From Heptranchias perlo (Eukaryota): 64,000 bases of DNA. Positions 1 through 10,790 of this stretch are shown piece by piece. The notes under the pieces were generated by a model. That model worked only from the letters and a program-made list of their open reading frames with translations. It had not been told where the DNA came from and searched no databases. The position numbers were made by a program, and so were the translations under genes. Positions within the stretch are counted from its first letter, which is position 1; each line of letters begins with the position of its first letter. The stretch is taken from positions 9,362,001 to 9,426,000 of the forward strand of contig NC_090338.1 of assembly GCF_035084215.1 (NCBI RefSeq). Reading direction: 5' to 3'.

Positions 1-589
1 TAAAGCCTTGCATGCTGTATTATTACATAGTCCCATTGTTAACAACTATATCCATATTTATACGGAAAATTGCTCTTTAAACATTCGCACTGTTATCACA
101 CCTTACCACCAATGGTAGCGCTACAGCGCCTCTACCGGCGGTATGATGTAATTGCACCGTGAAAAGTTTACAGAGACATTTTCCTTTATCAATGTGAATA
201 GGAATTTATAATAATAAAAACATTACAGAAAGTTTATTTAGAAAATTATACATATAAAGTACGTTTTGAATAAACAGATATAATTTAAAGGAACAGCTTT
301 ATCAATTGATTTTAAAAATATATGAATTAACCGTGTGCATATCAATCAAAAAAATTGTCCCAAACTATCAAATTTTTTATCATGTTTATAGCAGTAATTA
401 TTTCAGAAAGGATCTGAGAAATATTTCTTCCCTCACATTTCCCAGTACTTTATTTCCCGGGGAATAATAGAGGTGAAACGTATTCATTGCAAGTTTCTAT
501 TCAAGATGACCATTCATAAGGAAAAATAAATTCATAATATGCTTGGAACATAATCATTGCTGTTCAGGTGACCTTAGATTAAGGGTGAA

Positions 590-623
<34 letters not shown>

Positions 624-626
624 ATG
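590..626. repeat. (TA)n(TG)n compound microsatellite
   Basis: Direct: atatatatatatatatatatgtgtgtgtgtgtgtatg. Confidence 0.9.
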
Positions 627-629
627 TTA

Positions 630-1205
630 AATACTGTTATGTTAAACTTTTATAAAACATTGGTTAGGCCTCAGCTGTAATATTGTGTTCCAATCGGGGC
701 ACCACACTTTAGGAAGGATGTCAAGGTGCGGAAGAGATTTACTAGAATGGTACCAGGGATGAGAGACTTCAGTTATGTGGAGAATCTGGAGAATCTGGGG
801 TTGTTCTGCTTAGAACAGAGAAGGTTACGGGGAGATTTGATAGAGGTGTTCGAAATCATGAACGGCTTTGATGGAGTAAATAAGGAAAATCTGTTTCCAG
901 AAGTGTCCATAACCAGGGGACACAGATTTAAAGTGATCAGCATAAAAGCCAGAGGCGACATGAGGAAATATTTTTTACACAGTGAGTTGTAAAGATTTGG
1001 AATGTACTGCCTGAAAGGGTGGTGGAAGCAGATTCAATAGTAACTTTCAAAAGAGAATTAGATAAATAATTGAAGGGAAATCATTTACAGGGCCATGGGG
1101 AAAGAACAGGGGAATAGGAATAATTGGATAGCTCTTTCAAGGAGCCGACACAAGCATGATGGACTGAATGGCCTCCTCCTGTGCTGTACCTGTACCTACT
1201 CTGAT
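630..1205 (+). mobile_element. CR1-type LINE, 5'-truncated 3' fragment
   Basis: ORF 726-992 (RFTRMVPGMRDFSY..LGLF.LEQRRLRGDLIEVF..TRGH) is the CR1 ORF2 C-terminus; 3' tail gatggactgaatggcctcctcctgtgctgtac. Confidence 0.85.
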
Positions 1206-1342
1206 ACCTCTGTGTGGGTATAGTAAATAGATTCAATGCTTAATCTATCACAGTGAAGAAAAAAATTCCAAAAAGATGGAAATATAATTTCAGTTGCGCA
1301 ACTAAAAATGCAGTCAATCCACATCGATTTGGAAAGATTTCT

Positions 1343-1445
1343 CAGCTTTAAGAAATGTGCTACTCCTTGATTGGTTGTGCCTCTATAGGCTTATATCCGC
1401 CAATGACAGCGTCCAACTATGACTGGTAATCCATACAACCCCCTT
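1343..1445 (+). promoter_or_regulatory. cPcdh variable-exon promoter cassette (V1)
   Basis: CTTTAAGAAAT at 1346, ATTGG at 1370, CCAAT at 1400, GACTGG at 1421; same layout upstream of all 11 units. Confidence 0.75.
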
Positions 1446-1709
1446 CACCAACATTCGCAGGCAGAGTCTAAAATCAGAAAGCAGGCTGCGTAACGCTTTG
1501 CGAATTCTGGATATGCAGCCAGAGATGATACTCTGAAAACCACGTAGATATTTTAAAAATGGTAATGGCGACTCGATTAATCACGTAATTATTTTCGTAT
1601 AACCTCGATCTTCCTCCGATAACAAAGGAATGTGCATCGGCTTCATTCCTGGGAGATATTGAAGACTCGGCGTGTCCTGCTGAAATAATTATAATTCTGG
1701 ACGGTGGCG

Positions 1710-4181
1710 ATGGTCCTTTTTAAAATATATCGGCTGTTTAAGTGGCAAACATTCTTCCTTTTTTCCTTCTGGGAACTAGCTTCTGGGCACATTCGGTATT
1801 CGATTCTCGAAGAACTACAACTCGGCGCCTTTGTTGGGAAGATCGCAGACGATTTAGGATCGGATGTAAAACAGCTCTCAGCTCGCAATTTTCGGATTGT
1901 GTCTGGTGCAAGGAAGCAATATTTGAAGGTGAATTTAGAAAATGGAGTCCTATTCGTAAACGAACGAATTGACAGGGATCAGTTTTGCGGGCCAAGCCTC
2001 AGTTGTGTGTTGCCCTTGGAAGCCGTGATTGAAAACCCCTTGAATCTCTACCATATCGAAGTGGAGATTCTGGACGTAAACGATAATTCTCCAAGGTTTC
2101 CAAACAATCAGTTCCGCCTTGAAATTTCAGAGGTTGCGGCACCGGGAGCGCGCTTCCGTCTCGAGTCTGCGCACGACCCAGACGTCGGGACCAACTCCGT
2201 GCAAACCTACCAGCTTAGTCAAAATGATTATTTTATTCTCGACGTGCAGACAAGCAGTGAAGACGAAAAATTGCCATTCTTAGTGCTGGAAAAGACCTTG
2301 GACAGGGAAAAGCAATCGACTCACAGGTTGGTGCTATTTGCAAAGGACGGCGGGGTTCCTCCGAGGTTCAGTACCGCACAAATAATTATCCTAGTACAGG
2401 ATGCCAACGACAACGCACCTGTTTTTCCCCAATCAGTTTATAGGGTTAGCCTATTAGAAAATGTACCCAAAGGAGCCATAGTAATCAAACTAAATGCTAC
2501 TGACTTGGATGCTAGTTCCAATGGAGAAATAGTGTACTCTTTTAGCAGTCATACCCCTGTTGGAGTCCGTGAACTGTTTAATCTGGATTCCCGAACTGGT
2601 GAAATAAGGGTTAAAGGTAATCTGGACTTTGAGGAAAATAGTAGTTTTAAGATCAACGTGCAAGCAATGGACAAGGGTCCTCATGCAACCCCGGTGTATT
2701 GTGACGTGCTAGTGAACATTATTGATGTAAACGACCACGTACCTGAGGTGGCACTGACTTCTGTGTCCAGCTCAGTGCGCGAAGATGCCCTTGCAGGGAC
2801 TGTGGTGGCTCTCTTTAGTGCAGCAGACAAAGATTCTGGGGAAAATGGGCAAGTGAAATGCCATATCCCAGAAAAGCTTCCTTTCACGTTAGATTTTTCT
2901 TTGAAGAACTATTATAGAGTGCTTACACAAAAGCCACTGGATCGTGAACACATCTCCAAATATGAGATCATCATCACATGCAGTGATTCAGGGACCCCTC
3001 CTCTGATATCCAAGAAAACTATCATGGTGGAAGTTTCAGATATAAATGACAACGCACCACGATTTACGCAGCCTTTATATACAACGTATGTGATGGAGAA
3101 TAATGCGATTGGGACTTCTATATTCTCCGTGACAGCCTTTGATCCAGATGGAGGACAGAACGCTCGACTAAACTATTCTATTCTGGAGACTCGGGTTCAT
3201 GGCGCCTCTGTAGCCGGTTACATCTCCATCAAATCAGAGAGTGGTGTCATATTTTCTCAGAGATCTTTTGATTACGAGAAACTAAAACACTTTCAGGTGG
3301 AAGTTCAGGTCCAGGACTGTGGAACCCCATCACTCACCAGCAACACTTCGGTGGATATTATTATCCTTGATCAGAATGACAATGTTCCATTGATCGTGCA
3401 GCCATTACCCGAGTTCGGTTCTACAGCGATAGAGACAATGTCCAGGTTTGCTGAACCAGGTTATCTAGTTACCAAAGTATCGGCCATCGATGCTGACTCT
3501 GGCCAGAATGCTCGCCTTTCTTACCAGATTCTCCAAGCTACTGACCCTCGACTTTTCACTATTTCACCAGACACGGGTGAAATATGGGCAATTCGTAGTA
3601 TCGTGAACAAAGATGCCACCAAGCAACGGTTGGTTATTGTGGTCAAAGACTGTGGAACACGACCACTTTCTGCTACAATGACCATCATCTTGTCAGTGAT
3701 TGAAGATCATACGGAAATTCTTTCTGTTGCAAGCAATTTATCTGAGGATCCTGAGTTTGCTTACGATACAAGCATTTTCTTAGTCATCTCTTTAGGGGTA
3801 ATATCTACTATTTTGTTCGTGGTTTTAATTACCCTCTCTTTTAAAGTCCACAAGAACAGGAATGGTTTTGGTGATCACAACTGTGTCCTGAGCACTTGCT
3901 GTTGCTTTGAAGCAAGGAATTCGCTGAATGGAATTCAAAAAGCCAGTCGAAATCTTCAGATACCTCCGAACTACGTTGAAGTATTTGGGGGTGATCCACT
4001 TTCACAAAGTTACCGCTACGAGACATGTTCCACTTCAAATTCAAAGGCGAGAGACTTCATGTTCCCCAAGATGTGTAATTCATCTGCAGGAAAAATTAAT
4101 GTCAGAACTGAAACGATGGACACCGAAAACAACTCTGGCTCATCAAATCCTGAATATTTTCGGAGCACTGTAAATAATGAG
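1710..4181 (+). CDS. Clustered protocadherin variable exon V1 (signal peptide, EC1-EC6, TM, variable cytoplasmic domain); unspliced frame stops at 4196
   Basis: 830-aa ORF with IRYSILEE EC1 start, C-X5-C in EC1, repeated DxNDNxP / LDRE / DxD cadherin motifs and hydrophobic TM (IFLVISLGVISTILFVVLITL). Ends at GAG|GTGAGG donor. ATG 1710 aligns with paralogue starts. Confidence 0.93.
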
Positions 4182-5296
4182 GTGAGGCGCTTCTAAAGCA
4201 AAAACACTCCGGTTTTTATCTGGCTATGCAGCTACTCACTTGATGATTCCATTACTACGAGGTGGGCAGATGAAGGGGATATCTAAAATCCAGAGTTCTC
4301 GGTTTTCTGCACTATTTCACTTCCCAGGTAACATGCTAGATTGTGCCCCACTGCATTGCGTTGTGGTTCCGTCACGTTATCGTCCCATTCCTTTACAATT
4401 TAGTAGTTGTAGCTGTAATCTGCCTATCCATCCCTATACCCTATAAATAAACATGTTGTAAAATAGGAAACGAAGTGATAGTTGCACAATTGTCATGGAA
4501 AATGTAAAGAAAAATTAATCAAATTCCATGTGCCAATTTCCTATTGGTCCCACCTCAGGTAAAATGCAATGCTGAAGTTGCATTTTCGCTGAGAAAAGTT
4601 CAAAATAAGCAAACCTCCGAGTAGTAATTTATTGAGGAAATATTTGTAACTACCAAACATTGCCAGCACAGTCCAGTGCTAAAATAAGTTAACAGGATAA
4701 AAGTAAATGGGTATGCAGGTAAGAATGGTGAATATGTCACACTTGGTCATTGGGGACTGCCCTTGTGATGTTTACACTTTATGCACATTGTTGAGTCATT
4801 CAGAATGGAATAGCTTTACAACGAATCGTGCCGTATTATACCTTGTCTGGGACTACTTCATGCTGGAATGGGTGCCCAAATAGGTGGCAACGTTAATGCC
4901 TGTTTTCAGAACCAAGAGCCATCAACTTAATGAGCACGTGGAATTATACAAAAAATGTTAAGGAAATAAATAAATAAACAAATAACGCCAAGGGCAGGAT
5001 TAACGTGGACGATCTATATTTGAAGCATAAATAAACAATATCATTTGAAGATTTAGATATCTCCTCATGCAATTTCATGAAGGAAGCTTTAATCGAGCTA
5101 TTTTCTTTCTAGGAGCAGTTTCTGGATGAGTGATTCTGGGGTTAAAGGAATCTAATTCCAATTGATAATCGGAGACTTATGGATAACCTTGGGAATGCAG
5201 GGCAGTGAGCATGACATATGTAGTAAGTAGAACATTGGAGGGGCGATTGGTGTGAGAACAGAGGAAGACATGCATTCGGTATATGTGCTATGAGGA

Positions 5297-7300
5297 ATGA
5301 AGCAGAAAAAAGGGGCATATGACATGAAGCAGAAAAAAGGAGCATACGACAGATGTCAGGTTGATAACACAAGTGAGAACCAGGCTGAATATAGAAAGTT
5401 CAGAGAGGAAGTGAAAAAGGAAATAAGAGGGGCAAAGAGAGAGTTTGAGAATATACTGGCGGCAAACATAAAAGGGAATCCAAAAGTCACCTATAGGCAT
5501 GTAAACAGTAAACGACTAGTAAGAGGAGGGGTGGGGCCATTCGGGGACCAAAAAGAAGATCTACTCATGAAGGCAGAGGGCATGGCCAACGTATTAAATG
5601 AGTACTTTGCATTTGTCTTTATCAAGGAAAAATATGCTGCCAGAGTCTCAGTGAGGGAAGATGTAGTTGAAATACTAGATGGGCTAATAATTGATAAAAA
5701 GGAGGTACTATAAAGGCTAACTGTATTTATAGTAGATAAGTCACCTGGTCCTGATGGGTTGCATCCTCTGTTGCTGAGGGAAATAGGTGTGGAAATTGTG
5801 GCGGTACTGGCCATAATCTTCCAAACGTCCTTAGATATGGGGGCGGTGCCAGAGGACTGGAGAGTTGCAAATGTTACATCCTTGTTCAAAAAAGAGCGTA
5901 AGGATAAACCCAGCAACTACAGGCCAGTCAGTTTAACCTCGGTGGTGGGGAAACCTTTTAGAAACAATAACCTGGGACTGAATTAGCAGTCACTTGGTCA
6001 AGTGTGGATTGATTAGAGAAAGCCAGTACGGATTTGTTAAAGGCAAATCGTGTTTAACTAACTTGATAGAGTTTTTTGATAAGGTAACAGAGAGGGTCGT
6101 TGAGGGCAATGCGGTTGATGCGGTGTATACGGACTTTCAAAAGGCGTTTGATAAAATGCCGCATAATAGGCTTGTCATCAAGTTTGAAGCCCATGGAATA
6201 AAAGGGGCAGTAGCAGCATGGATACGAAATTGGCTAAGTAACAGGAAGCAGAAATTAGTGGTGAACGGTTGTTTTTCGGACTGGAGGGAGATGTACTGTG
6301 GGTTCCCTAGGGGTCGGTACTAGGACCACTGCTTTTCTTGATATATATTAATGACTTGGACTTGGGTGTACAGGGCACAATTTCAAAATTTGCAGATGAG
6401 ACAAAACTTGGAAGGGTAGTGAACAGTGAGGATAGTGATAGACTTCAAGAGAACGTAGACAGGCTGGTGGCAAGGATGGACACGTGGCAGATGAAATTTA
6501 ACGCAGAAAAATGTGAAGTAATACATTTTGGTAGGAAGAACGAGGAAAGACAATATAAACTATTGGGCACAATTCTAAAAGGGGTACAGGAACAGAGAGA
6601 TCTGGGGATATATGTGCACAAATCGTTGAAAGTGGCAGGGCAGGTTGAGAAAGTGGTTAAAGTAGCATACGGGATCCTGGGCTTTGTAAATAGAGGCATG
6701 GGGTACAAAAGCAAGGAAGTCATGATGAACCTTTATAAAACCATTGGTTCGACCACAACTGGAATATTGTGTCCAGTTTTGCGTACTTCGCTTTAGAAAA
6801 GTTGTGAAGGCCTTAGAGAGGGTGCAGAAAAGATTTACTAGAATGGTTCCAGGGATGAGGGACTTTAGTTACGTGGATAGACTGGAGAAGCTGGGGTTCT
6901 TCTCCTTGGAACAGAGAAGGTTGAGAGGAGATTTGATAGAGGTATTTAAAATCATGAAGGGTCTAGACAGAATAGATAGAGAGAAACTGTTCCCATTGTA
7001 AGAACCAGAGGACATAGATTTAAGGTGATTGGCAAAAGAACCAAAGGTGATGTGAGGAAAAGCTTTATTATGCAGCGAGTGGTTAGGATCTGGAATGCAC
7101 TGGCAGGAGGGATGGTGAAAGCAGATTCAATCGTGGGTTTCAAAAGGGAACTAGATAAGTACTTGAAAGGAAAAAAAATGCAGGGCTATGGGGATAGGGC
7201 GGGGGAGTGGGAATAGCTGGATTGCTCGTGCATGGAGCCGGCACGGACTCGATGGGCCGAATTGCCTCCTTCCGCGCTGTAACCCATCTATGATCCTATG
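5297..7300 (+). mobile_element. CR1-type LINE, ~2 kb 3' part of ORF2 (RT), frameshifted
   Basis: ORFs 5297-7216 contain KSPGPDG, NYRPVSLTS, DFQKAFDK, YIND, FADETK; 3' tail gatgggccgaattgcctccttcc..ctatgatcctatg; 27-bp tandem duplication at the 5' end. Confidence 0.9.
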
Positions 7301-7721
7301 AGTAGGAAAGCTGTGATTTTTTTGCGCAGCAGTAAAAGAAGGCTAAGCAGAGACTATTAATACATTTTTATGGTTCTAAAAAGAATGGATAAACTGAACC
7401 TTAAGAAATTGTTTGACAGCTTCTGTAATCAAGGTGCATGGACTTAAAACCGAGAGACTAGGTGAACATTTGAAACCTAACTGCTCCAGACAGAGGGTGG
7501 TGATGATGTAGAACAGGCTACCGAGGGAGACAGCGGAAGTGGATATTGTCAACAAGTTCGAGTGGCAATTGGGTAGGTTTTTAGCGAAAGCAGCGACCCT
7601 GACGATAACAACCGCAAAATAATCTTATAACAGAAAAGAATTCTTAACAGAAAAATGTTAGTTACACTTTCGTTACACAGCATTAAATTCATATTTTATA
7701 CAGACATTTACCAAGATATTC

Positions 7722-7830
7722 AAGCTTTGAGAAATGATCAGTATTCTGATTGGTAGAGTCTGGGAGTGCCTCCGTTCACCAAAACTAGCCTGAAACGTCA
7801 CTGAATCCTGACGGCCGTTTTCCCTTCCCC
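7722..7830 (+). promoter_or_regulatory. Degenerate promoter cassette of pseudogene P1
   Basis: CTTTGAGAAAT at 7725, ATTGG at 7749, CCAAA (broken CCAAT) at 7779. Confidence 0.65.
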
Positions 7831-8049
7831 TGTGCCAGGTCAGATGCAATGTGCGCGCTGAATGTCTATGTAGCAATTTTTTTTTTTTTTAAAGATTTAT
7901 CTGAAATATCCCAAAAATTTAACAAGTAATGTTTTTGTCGTAGAATACAACTATTTAACCAAGTAAACTAAATATGGTGTAATTTACTTTATATCAATGG
8001 ACCTTTAGACGATGCTATGACGTACTGAAATAATTGCATTACATCATTT

Positions 8050-10300
8050 CTGATGTGGTATATTGTACAATATATTTGCGGTTAAAATTGCAAATGTTAC
8101 ACTATACAATGGCCACTGGGATATAGTTTCCGAGTAGTTTAGCTGCTTGATTCTTTTAGACCTACAACTGGATGCCATTGTTGCGCATATTGCAGAGGAT
8201 TTAGGATTAGACATAAAGTACTTCTCCTCTAGCAGATTTCGGATTGCAACGAGTCCCAGGACGTAAACTGAATCAATGGGATTTTATATCTAAAAGGAAG
8301 AAATGAAAGAAAGCAACTTTGTCGGAGTATCCAGATTTACGTATTGTCTTTATAACTCTTGGTTGATAATAGGAACATAGGAACAGGAGTAGGCCATTCA
8401 GCCCCTCGTGCCTGCTCCGCCATTTAATAAGATCATGGCTGATCTGTGATCTAACTCCATATACCCGCCGATGGTCCATATCCCTTAATACATTTGGTTG
8501 CCAAAAAGCTATCTATCTCAGCAATTGAGCTAGTATCAATCGCCATTTGCGGAAGAGAGTTCCAAAATTCTACCACCATTTCTGTGTAGAAATGTTTTCT
8601 AATCTCGCTCCTGAAAGGTCTAGCTCCAATTTTTAGACTGTGCCCCCTACTCCTAGAATCCCCAACCAGTGGAAATAGTTTCTCTCTATCCACCCTATCT
8701 GTTCCCCTTAATATCTTATAAACTTCGATCAGATCACCCCTTAACCTTCGAAACTCCAGAGAATACAACCCCAATTTGTGTAATCTCACCTCGTAACTTA
8801 ACCCTTGAAGTCCGGGTATCATTCTAGTGAACCGACGCTGCACTCCCTCCAAGCCCAATTTGTCCTTCCGAAGGTGCGGTGCCCAGAACTGCTCACAGTA
8901 CTCCAGGTGCGGCCTAACCAGGGTTTTGCATAGCTGCAGCATAATTTTTGCCCCCTTGTACTCTAGTCCTCTAGATAGAAAGGCCAGGATTCCATTAACC
9001 TTATTGATTATTTTCTGCACCTGTTCATGACACTTCAATGATCTATGTACCTGAACCCCTAGGTCCCTTTGGACATCCACTGATTTTAACTTTTTACCAT
9101 TTAGAAAGTACCCTGGTCTATCCTTTTTTGATCCAAAGTGGATGGCCTCACATTTGTGTACATTGAATTCCATTTGCCATAGTTTTGCCCATTCGCCTAA
9201 TCGATCAATATCGCTTTGTAATTTTATGTTTTCATCTGCAACAATCCTTTCAAACGTTGTCGGGGGAACGTGCACAACCTGGGGAGGAATTCAAGGTTTC
9301 TTGAAATCTCAAGAGATATGAGACAGGAATGTGGTTCCCACTTCAGCGCGCGCACGATGCAGACTTGGGACGCAACACCTTACTTAGCATCTGGTTGCTA
9401 ATGAACAGCTCAGACTAAATACTGAGGCACCCAGTGTGCATGGAAGGTTTCATCATTAATATTGGAAAAATCCTTTGACAGAGAAAAATAATCGACGCTC
9501 AGGTTATTGCTAATTGACGAGGCCCGTTCATGAAATGTTTGCAACATTCAAATAAGTGAAAAAGCAGAAGTTTAATGACGACGTGCCTATATTCCTCCAG
9601 TCACTCTTTACCGTCAGCTTGGTAGAATGCGCACGCAAAGGAAGCTCAGTCATCAAGCTAAATGCAACTGATTTGAATAATGCCTCCAGTAGAGAAATAG
9701 TGTAAACGCACCCTAAATGATGAAATAGCCTTGGGACGGATTTGTTTTACATAAACACACGTTTTTGTTGTTGTTGTTGTTGATCCACCAAGGTTAAACG
9801 TCGTTTATGGACAGCATGCATTGGAGAGAATTTTCTTTATTGCGACTTCTATCTTTTCAGTGATCGCTTTTGATACAGATTTAAAGCAGAACGTGCAACA
9901 AAATGTTTCCGGAGAGCCAAGATCGAGGCGTGACTGTGCGCCGTTGCGTGTATATTAATGCAGAGAAGAGCATCATCATTTTCTTGGAGAAGTCTTGACT
10001 TGGAGCAGTGAAAACTTTCAGCTCCAAGTTCAAGCGCAGGACAGTGGGGTCCCACGTTTCAGCAGGTATCATTGACCATGTTCAGAATTACAATTCCCCT
10101 ATCATCGTGTTGACATTGCACCTTTATGGCTCAATGACAATAGAGATCGTATCCAGGTTCGCAGGACCAGGGAAACTTGTGGACATGATATCGGCCATTG
10201 AGGCTGATACTGGCCGGAACCCGCCTTTCTTACCAGATTTTCCAGGGTACGTAATTACGACATTTTACTATTTTCCCAAAACTGCACAGATGCTAGGAAT
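8050..10300 (+). pseudogene. Decayed cPcdh variable exon P1, split by a CR1 insertion
   Basis: 8160-8330 resembles EC1 (LQLDAIVAHIAEDLGLDIK..RFRI); 9241-9705 EC2 and start of EC3 (cgcgcgcacgatgcagac, atcaagctaaatgcaactgat); 9782-10300 EC5-EC6 (ORF 10008-10322 IEIVSRFAGPG..SAIEADTG); many stops and frameshifts. Confidence 0.8.
8370..9240 (-). mobile_element. CR1-type LINE 3' fragment inserted in P1
   Basis: ORF 8451-9275 (LQSDIDRLGEWAKLWQMEFN..RPHLEYC..RRLRGDLIE); tail (cctatgtt)n at 8370-8388. Confidence 0.9.
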
Positions 10301-10417
10301 CTCTTATATTTTACATTTGTAGAAGAAGTTCTAACTCTCCAAAATACTGAAAAGCGATTAAATACATTTTTGACTGCACAACTATAAATGCACGCTGCAG
10401 ACGCCTGGATGACATTC

Positions 10418-10530
10418 TAGCTTTAAGAAATCAACAGCATTCTAATTGGTTGAGTGTGAATATGCTTCCGTTCACCAATGAGAGGCTGAAATGTCACTGA
10501 AGATCCTGGCTGACCCTTTTTTCCTTCCCG
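10418..10530 (+). promoter_or_regulatory. cPcdh promoter cassette (V2)
   Basis: CTTTAAGAAAT 10421, ATTGG 10445, CCAAT 10475, CACTGAAGATCC 10495. Confidence 0.75.
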
Positions 10531-10790
10531 TCTGCCGTGGCATACGAGCAGACACAATGAAGACTGAGCAGCGAGCTGCTTGGCGTTGTGTTAAGTTTTG
10601 CACCTATTGGTAATTCCAATCGAAATTACAAGATTTACCAAATCATCTCAATGAATTTAAAACGAACGGATCTTTACGTACACTCCATCTCTTCTTCCAG
10701 GTAATCAATGAAGAACAACTAGCCCTACTCGAAGGGATTGTTGGACCGTGTTGCATCGAATTGAAGAAATTTAAGTGTTTCGTACATGAA

